Below, piece after piece: positions 37,601-49,375 of a stretch of 63,803 nt of DNA; the first letter of the stretch is position 1; each line of letters opens with the position of its first letter. Position numbers and translations under genes: made by a program. The notes under the pieces were generated by a model, which saw only the letters and a program-made list of their open reading frames with translations, had not been told where the DNA came from and searched no databases. The DNA is taken from positions 62,001 through 125,803 of the forward strand of contig NMRA01000661.1 of NCBI GenBank assembly GCA_002633005.1, read 5' to 3'. The stretch comes from Phoronis australis (taxonomy: Eukaryota; Animalia; Phoronida).

Positions 37601-40600
37601 CTAGTCCATTGTTACGCGATTGCCCATTTTTTGTCTAACATCAGATGATTCTCACACCACTTAGCTATTGCAGTGATACGAACAAAATGCCAAGCTTTCT
37701 TTTTAAGATATCGCAAAACAATATTTCCTAAGCCTAACTTTTAAATCTCTCGCTTCTTTCTACAAATATCACCCTAATACCATTCATCCAACTGAAATCA
37801 AAATTTGATGTCTCACAGCGACCGTGAATACAATGTCAAGGTCACCAAAATCAACTGGCATCTGGAGGTGCCCCACCCACACCCTAGTACAAAATATGAA
37901 AATAATCTAAACCTCCTTTCTTGAGATATCACACCCACAAAATTTTCGCCACGTTAAAACTTGATTTTCTCACGGTGATATCAAGATCACCAAAATTGGC
38001 CATCACCTGGAGTTACCCAATTAAACCTCTACACCAAATATGAGCGAGATCGAAAGCTCACTTCTAGAGATACAGTGGCAATATCACTTACAAATTAAGA
38101 TAAGCTGTACATTCTTACTAGCAGACCTTTGAAATAACATTTAAGGTCACCAGGCACTTGGAGTTGCCACACACACATCTCAGTACAAAATATGAACATC
38201 ATTAAACTTAGCTTCCTTCTTGAGATATCACGTCAACATCTTGTACAACTTACCGACAGATGTGTCGACATATGGTCGTGACAACGTACATCCCCCTCGT
38301 TTTGCACTAACGCACAACCAGCACAGCAAATAGGGTAAAAGTTCAGTACAAGTAACAAAAGACTTACAATGAGAACTCCACAAGCTCTTACAAATATAGC
38401 ACATTATTTTGATTTCACTGCAGGATATAAGACATCTTAACAAAGCTCCACAGCACAGCTTACACACTCATTAGTACATACAGGGCTGGTAAGAAGTAAG
38501 CGAGGCAAGTCTGAATATTCAGCCATTCATACACCAGCTATCCCTTACCTGTACAAACTATGGGTAGACCGAATCCATACAAGATGAGATAGCCTCTCAT
38601 TCGCAGCACAAAGCATAGACTGCGGGTGCGCAGCAGACACATGCCCACTGCATAAGCAGACGTGCACGTACGGCTGGCTAGGACGCCAACGAAGCAGAAG
38701 ATGAACTGCAGATAGTGTTGCCAGGCAACAGTGTTGTCCGTCACCTGCCAGAGAATGCTTCCGATGCAGGCTAATAACTGTAAATATTAAGTGTTAACAA
38801 ATTAAAGGGAAGGCCAAATACAGTACATACATGTACGTGTATATGGCTCGGGTACAACTCCCTGGGTACAACAGACATCTTTTATACCCTAGGCTAGAAA
38901 CCAAAAAAAATGTAAGGGAATATTTCATTCGAGCTCAATCACACGACCTACATTTCAAACCTTTTCACATCATGATAGCAAATGAATTTCATTACCCAAT
39001 AGAACATCTACGTCATCGGCAAGAATAGTGTCAACGCATGTCAGTTACAACAAGGATGATAAACCTTTTTGAAAATTAAGCTGTTCTATATCAATCTGAA
39101 GATTGTGATTCCTTAGTTCATTGCCACACTAGGAGGGAAAACAGCCATGGTATCATAGCAATGGAAATTTTGAACGGTCTTATGGGATTTAATCATGCTA
39201 TTTTGCAAGTGTCATGATGCCGAACATGGGAAGAATGTGCCCTTTAATTCTAACACTTATAAATACACTATGTACACACAACCAGTAGGTACAGGTACAC
39301 CGACCATAAGTGACAGTCACTTACGGGGTCCCCCATTTTGAGAAGCAGTAATTGGTGCCCTTTACTCAGAGGAGAAAACTACTTCTCAAAATTCGAGGTC
39401 CTCTGTAAGTGTCTATTACCAGGCCATGACCAGAGGAGGAGTGTTAACGAGCAGACACAAGGGGGAGCCTTAAAAGCCTCCATTATACCAAATTCAAAAG
39501 TGGTTATCAAGCAGAAGAGTCTTGACACATTGAATACACTCTGGATAAATGTGTGGAATCACTCTCAAATGGTACTTAAGTGTACCTCTGTCTTACCTGA
39601 GCCATCAACAAGTAGACCACAAACTGGTGTGGGAAGACGCGCCACTTGCGGCCGAGAACGAAGACGATGGTCACCCAGACCGTGCTGACTATACCCAAAA
39701 TGCTGATGTCAAACGATGTTTCGGAGAGCATCTTGTAGTTCTCCGACTCGGTGATTGTTGGCAGGGTGACCATGCGTGCCGAAACGAACATAAGAGGGGC
39801 GGAAATGAACGTGCAAAGGACCATACCGGTGGAGATCTAGAGAGACAAAATACTCAGACTTATGGTATACGGAGGGCACAACAAAATGTAGTTTTAAAGA
39901 CACGAGTGGGTAAATCAGTAAAACACTACTGTCAAAATTCAATCACTTGTCTCACAATTCTCCTTTATAATCCAACAAACCCAAAGAGGGGCAGTAATGA
40001 GAACCATGAAAAGTTATCAGAAGTTTGAAAACTACTCAAAAAAGCCGAAAACCTGTTCTCTTTTAGCCACCGTTTTTCAAGAAATGAAACTGTCTGAGTG
40101 AATAAAGCTGCTTTCTTCAGTACAAATACTATTTAGAAACTAGTTTTGAGCATCTGAAAGTTACCTGGCACTCTTTCATTTAATTTTTTTCCTAAGCTAA
40201 GACAAAATTCATGCCTACTTGCTATATAGCCTTGTTATCAGAAGTATCTCGGATGCTGTATGGAGGTCCAGGTGTAATTTGCAAACTAAGGAAACTGTCA
40301 GTGGACTATCCAAACGTTATGCTGACTGCATTTTGTATTCAATTAAGTCGTGTCAGGAAGCCTCCTAACTACGCCTATGCATTAGCATAGCACAACTTCA
40401 TTGTAATACCGTAAACAAAGTTAACAACAGAAATAATCTCCTTAACCTTTGACAAGAGCAATGCGCACCGTGTGCATTGAAAACGGTAAAGATATAGGGG
40501 GTATCTATTTTTCAAACATTTCCATGGGAGTTGGACGTATTTAAAAATCAACACCAGATGTGCTCTCCTGATTAGTAACATGAAGGTTAAATATCATGGG

Positions 40601-43600
40601 GTCTATTGCAAGTAGATTATTAAGCAATCCTTTGACAGTAGTGCCTCTCTGGTGCACAGTTCATTAACAATCTGTCTAACAATCAATGTCGAATTGTATT
40701 TAACGAACTCTGAATCAAACATTATAGGAAAAGTAATAACAATTTGTCACTAGGGAGTGCCAACGTAGTCACATCAGCCCAAAAATCAACACCAGCCATG
40801 TTTTCCTCAACAGAAACCAGGACACCAAACTTCATAAAGAACCATCAAAGACCTTCATTGATAAAGCACACATAACGAAAGCCCAAATTGTCACCAGGGA
40901 GCACCACGGTAGTCAGATCCATCTAAAAATCAACATTAGCCAAGTGCTCTCTTCTTGATTCATCATATGGAACTTAAATACAAAACAGTCACTATAGGGC
41001 ACCACAGTAGCTGGAACCGTCAGAAAGTTAACAACAGCCTGCTCTCTTCAACATGATCAGACATGCCAAACTTCATAAAGATCCATCATCGAGGTAAACA
41101 CAAAGAAAATTAAAATTGCTTAAAGGGGATAGCCGCAATATATCAGTGAAAATTAATGTCTGTTATAGGATACTCTCTTCAACCTGAACACATCTGTCAA
41201 TTTTCATGATCATTCTACAATTAGGGGATTAGCATGCTCCAAAAAGAAAGGAATTTTTTTAAAACAGTCACTTGGAGGTGAAAAACATGTTGAATATACC
41301 TAAAATTGGTTACGTGCCATGATTGTCTCCTTCATAGGTTTGTTTGGCAAATTTCCGAAAGGTCTGACCATGAACTTGGTAAATACTGAGATATGCATAG
41401 ATGAATTGGCACTAGACGACTAAGAAATAATAAAAATTTCCATAAATTGGGAAAAAGCCAACGAGTCAACAAAATTGGGAAGTTACCGCCATCATCTCAA
41501 TAGAAGACTGATTACTAAATCACAAGGTAATTGTTTTTCTAACTTTTGTAAAGACTATCATGGAATTAGGCAGAAACAGAGACAAGGGGAAAAAGTAAAA
41601 CTGCCACTAGGAGGCACACCAATAGTCAGAGCCATCGGAAAGTCATAGTCATCTGCTGTAATCTTCATGAAGACCTTGCAGATTAAGAGATACAGCAGCA
41701 GACGTGGGACAAAATTGATGGCAATATGCACCCGCATGTGTATACGTGGGCGCATAAGAATGCATCAATGGTGATTAAAACAAAAAGCCACATACAATGT
41801 CAACAGCCATTCCATAACTGGAGGCATAGATAAGGACCGTTGGAGCTGATGGGAAGGTTCCGTAGAGAAACCCAAACATGCTGTATGACAATGTCTCATT
41901 GGTGGGTGAACCCGTGCTCATGACGTACACCATTTCACGTGTGACGAATGGAAGTAGCAAGCTGGAAAGAAAAATGGCAAGGGTCAGTACGTAGAAATTC
42001 CAACTACTCTCTAAACAGCTATACAAGTCAAGTCATCTAACATTTCTTCAGGAAGTACAGTACAGTTCAAAAGTATTCAGATAAAATGACCCGTAATTTC
42101 CAGTCATTACCGCTGGGCAGAAGCCGAATTCATCGCCAGAGTCACTGGTTTCCCCTTGTAAACCAAAATGATGATAATAGGTGGCCAAGACATTCTGTAT
42201 TTTTTTCATACATTCTATCGGGAAAGCCAACAATGTAATAAAATTAATTATTAAATACAATATAACAATTCTAGAACTACAGGTCAGTTAGAATGATTAT
42301 GATCCAACACTTATAAAAGTCATTAATGATGGGTACAGATATAGGTAAGGATAAATTAGCACCAAATAAATGCTTCATCACAAACTTCTATAACACAGCT
42401 AACATGACCATACAAAGTTTTGGGGGAAATTGTGGACATTCCCAAATGACGGAAACCTTGGATAAAACAAAAAGGTTCAATTTTGGCAAATATTTTTGTC
42501 TAAAATTGGTGACATTTTACTGCAGCAAACTGTAGCAATGCAGGTCTGATAGCAGTAAATTTTCCACCAATCAATGCCTTATTTGAGTAAACGTTTAACA
42601 CTTCCAGAAAGTACAAACTGTCAAAATTCTCACACAAATCAATTGAATGTCTGGAAACAGACCCCATAATGCAGAATGCTAAACCTTTACGAACTAACGT
42701 TTTAGGAGAATTGGGGCCACAAGATCTACCCTTTTCAATTTAAGTATTCACTAGTCATAATACAGAATAATGAATATTTATGAACATACATTTTGGCAGC
42801 TGTATTTACCAGGAGATGTGGGGACACAAGATCTAGCCCTTTCAACACACCATTCGCTAGTCATAATGCAAAATTTTGAATATTGATGAATTTGCATTTT
42901 GGCAGCTGTATATACCAGATGTGGGGTCCCAAAATCTACAGACCTTTTGACACGCTATTCGCTAAAAATATATAGATATGTAGAATTCTGAACACTAGTG
43001 AATTTGCATTTTAGCAGTCGTATATACGAGACGTGGAGACACAAGATATATAAATCTTAAGTATTCAATAGACAAGTGCAAGACATGTTGCAGACTTTAT
43101 GAAAATGAACTTACGTCTTGGCAGCTATGAGGAGACACGGGGCCACAAGACCTAACCCTTTCAACTTCTGTACCTTGCCAACAAGTGTGAATCCCAGGTA
43201 GAATAGAGCAGTAGCACTAAAAGAATCTCCTGAAAGGTGAATTAGACCATTAACAGTTACCTAATCTGGTCACTGTTTTAGAAGTTAAGGAGGAAAGCAC
43301 CGTCCCGCTTTTGGTAAAACACAGATCTCTGGTTAGGCCAAGAAAGCAAAGTTGGTCCTAGTCTTTACCTCAACTCATTTTGAGACCTACACACACAGAC
43401 AAAGGCGCGAAAGCTAGGGTAAGCAAGGTTAGAAATGACGTGACTTTGCCAGGTGCTGAGCATAAAAAAGCCTGATTTTTGCTAGTCTCAAGTGGGTTTT
43501 CTTTTTTTTTTGAAAAAATGAGCAACTAAGAAAATACTGCACCAGAGACTTGGTTTTCGAAAAAAAAAACATGGACCAGAAACATTTGCAAGAAATAGAC

Positions 43601-46600
43601 TGACGTGATCTGGTCAACAGATGACATGCTGACCAGACTTAAAAATATTAATTTTGTGACTTACTTGTATTGCCGTGTCTTACTCTTTCACTACAGGGTT
43701 TCAACTTCAAACTCAGAATCGAATTCAGAAACCTGACCGCATTCAAAACGTGCTCACATTTAGACAGGCAACGGATGAAAGCGAAGCGAGACAGTCAGGT
43801 GCACTTTGCACATCCAACAGGTGATAAACTGACACTGTGTGGTCACATGCATGTCGAATTCTGTTTTTGACGCTAGTAAAGACCTTTCGGTTAGTTTGTG
43901 CTTGACATCATAGTTTCCAACTCAACTCCTTTATTATGTTTTACTCAGTCACTTTACATGCAAAATGGACTATTTGAAGGCTGCAGTTATCAACTAAATA
44001 TGACAGTTTATTTTATTCAAAAATGTTTATTTCCCCATGGGACAATAGTTTGGCTTAATCTTCTTATTGTCAGCCGTGTCTCATTTAACTGCAGCCTGAG
44101 GATGAGATATGACCAGTCTCCAGGTCTAGTCAACACTCTTGATCTTCTATTGTATTCTTGCTCTCCAGAGGACCGAAAATACTCCTGGTAAAATCTCACC
44201 AATTCCGTTTAACAACAATTGCCAAACGTCCTTCTTTCTTCATTTCTCAAGAGTTTTTAACCATAATGACAGTGTCCACAAATTTCCAATGTCTGATATT
44301 AGCAATTGTACAAAACCTGAATGAAGAAAGGCATTTAATCTGGTGATGGAAAATATTAATATGAAATAAAATCCCTCTGGTAGGCGATATTGCAAGTTTA
44401 TGCCAAATGCATTTTAATTAAAACATGCACGGCTGATGTATATCCAACATTACAATTTGACTAACGACAAATGGCGTGCACTATTATGCTCTGACATTAC
44501 TTACCTAAAACTTTGAGTATTTCGGTGATGACCAGAGGCACATTGTGTTGGAAAATGAAGTTACTGATAATACCAATAATGACCATGAATACTATGGGAT
44601 TGGTGATGACGCCTTTAACTACATGCCATATGAGCCCTGTAATAAACAACACTGTTTTAAAGGAAGAGTAATCTCTAATTTCAACTTGTCCTCATTCTGT
44701 TCGATGCTAAATCACCATTCAATGACTCACTTCAGTGAATGAAGAGATACAACTAAAAGTCACAAAAGGATCCTGTGGTTTTTGAGGGCAATCTTCCCTT
44801 CCAGTTGTAAACTTATAGACGCTGAGGTTGGCCAGTAATGAAATATTAACACAGAAAACAGTTGTAAAGTAGCTCACTAAAGTGTTAGTCACACTTTGTT
44901 TTGAGTTTCTTTAATTTGATGCAATTTTTTAACAGTTGTTGAGGGTTACAGAGCATTATTTTATTTTAGATTCCTTGATAGGAAAGTCGCTGCTATGTTG
45001 ATAGGCTTAAAAATTGGGTTTAGTATACCTTTAAGGTTTCAGTAATTCTTCATTAATTTAGCAAACAATATGAAAGACAAGTGAAATTCTATTTTGCTAA
45101 AATTTGTCCACAATAAATTGAAAAAATACATAATAAGCATGGTTTGCAGAGTGTACTGTAAATGTAATCAAGCAACATTTGATGAGATGTGAAAACTTAT
45201 GAATCATGACTTCTGGAACTGAATATGAAACAAATTTTGCAACCCTGTGGATTCGCCTGGCTCTTTCTACTGGGGATTGATGACAGACTGGTCCCACGAA
45301 AATTTCACCGCCATCTGTCAGTGTTCATAGACAGCAACTCCAAAGCCCTGACACTTCCATGTCTGTATTCAGAGAGGGGTCCTTGGCTTTAACTCGGGCA
45401 TCCTTTTTGACACCTCGTTCAAACCAAGAACTTTCTCTCTCCAGTACCCTTATGTCTCCGGGACTCAAAAGAGTGTATCGGGTCACTAAGGTGATTAAAC
45501 ACTATGGAGTTTAAACCCTTAGCATTTGCCCTGTGGTTATGAGTCATGCGACTTCTGAACAGGTGTTCAGTTTCACCAATATAAGAATATTCACATTCTT
45601 CACAATCACACAAAATGTGATACACCACTCCACTGAAAACCCCAACTGAAGTTTTGTCCTTAGTGTGCACTAAACTACTCTTTACCATGTCAACAGGCGT
45701 GTACATTATTCTTAACGACCTTTGTATTAAAAATTCTGCGTAGATTCTCAGTGAGATTTTAATAAACAAGACAGCAACCAAGGTGGAAAATATTCTGTGC
45801 CCCTTAAAATCGTCACGAAGTAGAGTAGAAGGAACCAGGTGGCTCCCCAACATAGGGAAACTTATTTTATAGTAAGTTCCAGGAAGCCATGACATCAGTT
45901 TTCGCATTTCATTATTGACCTGGATAAATGACAATGTCCATTCATTTGTCTAACCAACATTTGGCAAAACTTAAGTTTCAATTATTTGAAGCATAGCAAT
46001 CGGCCTTTGAGAAATGGAAAATGGTCATTTGCAATTGACCTATCGCCAGGATTTTGAGTGACCGGCTGAACTGACCAATCAGAACAAAGCATTCTTGAAA
46101 CATCTTTGTTTTCAGGCCGCCATTTTACCCGACAAACAACACATTGTCAGGTAAAACTTGTTTGTTTGTCGACTTTTCGAAAGAGCTTGCAATAGGTCAA
46201 GGTTTACATGTCATAAAACAAAACTTGGTAAAGTTTCCATTATTTGTAGCAAAGTAATCAGCCTTTGAAGAACGGAAAATGACAATTTTGATCATTATCT
46301 TTGTGCAATAAAAGTGGACCATTACTGTATGTACGACCAAGAAAAATGTCCCAAGACGAAACATAACTTCATAATAGGGTAGCACATATTGGATATGCTG
46401 ACACAACTAAATGGTGGACATGCAGTAGGATGCAATTCTGTAATGTATCATTTTAATAAATGTAACAATTTCATTACTGTCACATACCTAATTTACTTCC
46501 GGTCTGTGTGTCTTGATTGCGACGTTTTTCTATCTCCAAAAGCAGAAAACCAATGGGGTTTAGGATGGCCAGAGATATGGGTGCCGCTAGATAGATGTAT

Positions 46601-48254
46601 GGTATGAATTCTGGGTGAATCGCACGGTATATGGCGCGAACTGCAACGAAGATTTAGAACCATGAATAGTAACAATGTGTAAACAGGCTATCACAATCAA
46701 ATTACATAATTCATAAACGGCTTAAGTGGCTTACATCTAAGTAGGAATTTGAGCTTGAGATACCCAAAGCAAAGTTATGCATCCAATCAAAATTATACCA
46801 TGAGTTGCATCATAGACTATAATCTATGGTTGCATATAACTTTAAAACTTGTCTGTTGTCCAGAATAAATCGTAAGATGTCAAAACAATGGCAACAGGGG
46901 ATGTGATCATACAATATAATTACTGAACAATGAACATGATCTTTATCTCAAGCGGACCTTGAAGACAGATGTTATGGGATGCTATGTCTCATTAAAACCG
47001 TGAATATTTATAGTTTGTTGTAGCAAGTGCCACTAAGTGACTTCCTGGAGAACTGTGTGTACAAGTTAGTATAGTCAGAAAAGAAACAATTTGAAAATAA
47101 ATTGCAGTTTTTAATTAAAGAAAACACCACAACTGATACAATAAAAAATTGAACAAAAATAACCCTGGTCATTCCAAATATCATGCAAACTTTACTTTAT
47201 AGTGAAACAAACAAAAAATAAAAATTGTGAAGTGTTTCATTAGAGGGTAACGATGAAATATTACCATACTCATTTACATGAAATTAGTTTCGCAAAAGAG
47301 ACTTTCGCAAGATTGTAATGGACGAACCAGGGTTGTTTGTAAAGTTAGCACTTTGTTTGCATATTCACAAATTAATGAGACTATGCATCTTAAACTGAAA
47401 TTTAAATTATGAATACTTCACAAGTATAATAGTCACAATTATGTTATGTTCACAAAAGAATAAGCCCTCTAATTTGAAACTCCATGTTCCTTTCAACAAA
47501 CTTTTTGAGAGAGAGAGGTAATCCCAAATACAGTAAAACCTCACCAGCTTAGGACATAGTATGACAGACAGGCAAACTTTTATAATCTCATTTTTCCAAG
47601 TACATGATATACACTGTGCCTGATCGATGCCTTGTCACATCTAAGCTCTAAACCACAGCTACGTTGTACTTATAGAAAAGATTTTGAAAAATTGTGGGCA
47701 TCTACAACAGCCCTGGAAGCCCTTGAAAACTGATGTACAATTTTGGCAATCTTTGTCTGAAATTGGTGAGATTATACCATAATTTCTGTTGTTTTTTTTA
47801 CTCTGCATAATTATATTACACTCTTTTAAAAGAACTTACCTATGGGCAAGCCGATGGCAAAGTCATTACTTTGTGTTGTGAATATAGCAAATAAGGCAGC
47901 TTTGCCCAAATTCAGAGGTCTGTGCACAAGCAGTGTGAGAAACAGAACAGTAGCGAATACACTGGCCTTAGCCAGAAATAGACTGCATAAAAACTTCCAG
48001 TTGACGGCGCTGAAGTCCAGTTCAATCATGTTGAGCAGCAGCAGAGCAGGAAGTGCGAACTTCGACACAAAGGTCGAGATACCCTTCGATTGAGTCTGTG
48101 TAACCATGCCGGTCCTTCCAGACAAGTAGCCGGCAAGAATTATGGCGAAAGCCTGTATAATGGCAGGATAGAGATTCTGGAAGATTTGATCTTGTGACGT
48201 CCCCCCTGATGAGCTGGAGGGAGTGGTGGCAGCGCTGATGTTTCCTAACTCCAT
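22405..48254 (-). CDS. GPR155: GPR155 / LYCHOS lysosomal cholesterol sensor orthologue, 16 coding exons, about 862 aa
   Basis: Exons 47840-48254, 46488-46640, 44505-44636, 43115-43229, 41796-41961, 39597-39836, 38549-38777, 37438-37508, 37064-37220, 36237-36326, 35150-35274, 28846-28995, 27952-28047, 25567-25631, 22801-22941, 22405-22648. Total 2589 nt, open frame, GT-AG. Motifs FVSKFALPALL, FAIFTTQSNDFAIGLPI, APISLAILNPIGF, NPIVFMV, FSATALFYLG, FLYGTFPSAP, ISAPLMFVSA, ELEFLDCFFNFGQ and a C-terminal DEP domain are characteristic of GPR155. Confidence 0.95.
22801..22941 (-). CDS. GPR155: GPR155 coding exon 15
   Basis: WRRLVYGAENIHLPRLEDLDEDARHVCEQFKMYHKDKCSYALQRNR(R). Confidence 0.92.
25567..25631 (-). 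CDS. GPR155: GPR155 coding exon 14
   Basis: AFFVFAVFGLDTKLIIIPCVK(R)|gtaagg. Confidence 0.92.
26732..27207 (-). mobile_element. 5'-truncated Penelope-like element (GIY-YIG C-terminus and 3' pLTR)
   Basis: Minus-strand RLKEHNTSDKSNIYRHC...LLYIKESLAIQDQHATDSLNNMQTSVTLQLW*; 13-bp TSD TTATTTTTAGAAT (26719-26731 / 27208-27220). Confidence 0.8.
26776..26813 (-). ncRNA. Degenerate minimal type I hammerhead ribozyme of the Penelope 3' end
   Basis: Minus strand TTGGTGA-T-GTCTT-gctgaat-AAGAC-GAAA-CGTT: stem II and GAAA intact, CUGAUGA core mutated. Confidence 0.55.
27952..28047 (-). CDS. GPR155: GPR155 coding exon 13
   Basis: ALFLCFWRLFHEDSSGLFIELEFLDCFFNFGQ|gtgaga. Confidence 0.93.
28846..28995 (-). 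CDS. GPR155: GPR155 coding exon 12
   Basis: RQECRSLLKKY...DEEIGHHLVLLFLLIVSMGI|gtgagt. Confidence 0.88.
32420..32880 (+). mobile_element. Possible 3' fragment of a CR1/L2-type LINE
   Basis: Degenerate P(V)ETLGHMLFSLLVRY resembling the C-terminal ET..H.L..C..Y zinc knuckle, followed by an AT-rich tail with AATAAA. Confidence 0.35.
34341..34844. mobile_element. PIF/Harbinger-like MITE
   Basis: TIRs AGGCCCTTTCATATTAAC / GTTAGTATGAAAAACCCT; TAA on both flanks (TWA TSD). Confidence 0.7.
35150..35274 (-). CDS. GPR155: GPR155 coding exon 11 (cytosolic loop)
   Basis: SNSIEDIVRWSDMQTSDTDDGMVDDGSLNQSMCVNRQCSKAQ|gtgagt, phase 1 to 0 as required. Confidence 0.78.
36237..36326 (-). CDS. GPR155: GPR155 coding exon 10 (cytosolic loop)
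   Basis: GGTTDYGACCKEKQSKDSIGDIQACPRTGR, phase 1-1, NAGNAG acceptor; poorly conserved loop so less certain. Confidence 0.6.
37064..37220 (-). CDS. GPR155: GPR155 coding exon 9
   Basis: MIISAIIIFTSLVVTVVALIIQQRNDRKHKNYETLENERDKDTPASEKSGAC. Confidence 0.88.
37438..37508 (-). CDS. GPR155: GPR155 coding exon 8
   Basis: GLLLICSAPQWSTSDVAFQYGLPQ (AF.YG.Q motif), phase 1 to 0. Confidence 0.85.
37680..38320 (+). repeat. Helentron/HINE-like element with internal tandem repeats
   Basis: Unit AAGGTCACC...GGAG...AGTACAAAATATGA...CTTCTTGAGATATC recurs about 3-4 times (37838, 37983, 38143). Confidence 0.55.
38549..38777 (-). CDS. GPR155: GPR155 coding exon 7 (GPCR-like domain)
   Basis: LLACIGSILWQVTD...LCFVLRMRGYLILYGFGLPIVCT. 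Confidence 0.9.
39597..39836 (-). CDS. GPR155: GPR155 coding exon 6
   Basis: ISTGMVLCTFISAPLMFVSARMVTL...KWRVFPHQFVVYLLMAQ. Confidence 0.93.
40730..41400 (+). repeat. Degenerate about 130-150-bp tandem array (Helentron-like)
   Basis: GTCACxAGGGAG(C)ACC..GTAG...AAAATCAAC...CTCTTCAAC...CCAAACTTCATAAAGA..CCATCA recurring at about 40745, 40890, 40988, 41120 and 41265. Confidence 0.6.
41796..41961 (-). CDS. GPR155: GPR155 coding exon 5
   Basis: LLLPFVTREMVYVMSTGSPTNETLSYSMFGFLYGTFPSAPTVLIYASSYGMAVDI. Confidence 0.93.
42700..43165. repeat. Tandem array (about 105-115 bp unit) built from the 3' end and donor site of GPR155 coding exon 4
   Basis: TGAA....TTGGCAGCT...GGAGA...GGGG.CACAAGA.CTA.CCCTTTCAA occurs 4 times in the intron, and the last unit overlaps the exon (43105-43165). 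Confidence 0.75.
43115..43229 (-). CDS. GPR155: GPR155 coding exon 4
   Basis: GDSFSATALFYLGFTLVGKVQKLKGLGLVAPCLLIAAK(T). Confidence 0.92.
44505..44636 (-). CDS. GPR155: GPR155 coding exon 3
   Basis: GLIWHVVKGVITNPIVFMVIIGIISNFIFQHNVPLVITEILKVL. Confidence 0.92.
45320..45720 (-). mobile_element. Penelope-like element fragment (GIY-YIG endonuclease)
   Basis: LVHTKDK...SGVVYHILCDCEECEYSYIGET...RSRM..H, continuing after a frameshift with WFERGVK...PSLN. Confidence 0.85.
46488..46640 (-). CDS. GPR155: GPR155 coding exon 2
   Basis: VRAIYRAIHPEFIPYIYLAAPISLAILNPIGFLLLEIEKRRNQDTQTGSKL. Confidence 0.92.
47840..48254 (-). CDS. GPR155: GPR155 first coding exon (PIN-like transporter domain start)
   Basis: MELGNIS...NLYPAIIQAFAIILAGY...TQSNDFAIGLPI, donor G|gtaagt; probable acceptor at 48456-48457. 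Confidence 0.93.
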
Positions 48255-48265
48255 CCTAACGGTAG

Positions 48266-48479
48266 CACGTGACACGTGACGATGTTTCAGTAAAGGTGTT
48301 TAATGTAATCAAGTAATGATAGAAAGGAACATTGCTATTGAGTCAGATCTGTTGACCTGTTGGTTGTCAGCTTTCATATGTGGCCATGCTCATCAGGTTT
48401 AAAGTCTAAATTATACAGCTTCAATCGCCTTCTTCACAGTCACATCAGCAATAATCTGAAACATACAAAGTCACATGAC
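48266..48479. promoter_or_regulatory. Cluster of CLEAR/MiT-TFE-type E-boxes near the GPR155 start codon
   Basis: CACGTGACACGTGAC (two overlapping CACGTGAC, 48266-48280) and GTCACATGAC (48470-48479). Confidence 0.5.
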
Positions 48480-49321
48480 AACAGTCACCAATTTATGTGT
48501 GCGGAAACAAGACTAACATCAGACATCAGATTGTTAAAATCTCAGAAAATGTTCCATTATCATAGCTAACACTTCAAGATCAGATTGATGTCTTGCAACT
48601 TTACATGACATAAAAAGAGAAAAATACATAATTATGTGCAAAGCTAGTCACATTTCCAACTGATTAAAAATCTTCCTGCATTACCAAAGCCGTAACTTGT
48701 ACTGGTTGAACTTTCAGAGCTGCTACAACCCTGTCCTTCCTAAAAACTGACTAAACTACATAGTATTATACAGTTATGAAATTGGTCTCAAGTTGTCCCT
48801 TTCTTCAAATTAGATTAATTTCTGAGGTCGATAAGAACTGATAGTTTATTATTGCTCAAGAACAGACTCAACAAATTGGTACATGTAGGTCAGGGGGTAT
48901 TCTGTGCTGTGCATAGTGTAGTCTTAAAGAATCAAATTGTCAGTTTTTCCAGCCCACGAAAAACACTTCTCATCTGAAAGGAAACTGGTCTGCTATTTTT
49001 CATAATTTACAAACCGCTGCAACTAAAAAATTTCCAGGAAACAAATCTACTAACATTTGACTTGCAGTTACTCCATTTTCAAAAGCCTACATGTCTGTTT
49101 GTGATAAAGTAGTCATAAAATGAAATCCAATGCTGACAGGTAATGCCACGAGACCACTTCAAATCTAGAAAACTCCCAAAAGTTCATAAACTCACACGAC
49201 ACCAGATCTGCGAGCACCTTTCTATAAGAGACAATTCATCAGTGTTGTAATCTACACATGATGCCAGGTTAAATAATCGCTCTTAGGCACAGATAAAGTT
49301 AAGGTGAAGCATCAAAGGGTG

Positions 49322-49375
49322 AATGTCCAACAAGTGATAATGTACAACCAGTGATAATGTCCAACCAGTGATAAC
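49322..49375. repeat. 17-bp minisatellite, about 3 copies
   Basis: AATGTCCAACCAGTGAT unit. Confidence 0.7.

Noticed and set aside
39338-40028. Plus-strand ORFs of 116 and 159 aa (also 27656-28051 and 47842-48093)
   Set aside because: Antisense shadows of GPR155 exons
43878-43916. Hammerhead-like remnants here and at about 49548-49580 and 61393-61413
   Set aside because: Core nucleotides and stems too degenerate to support by eye; at most old Penelope pLTR debris
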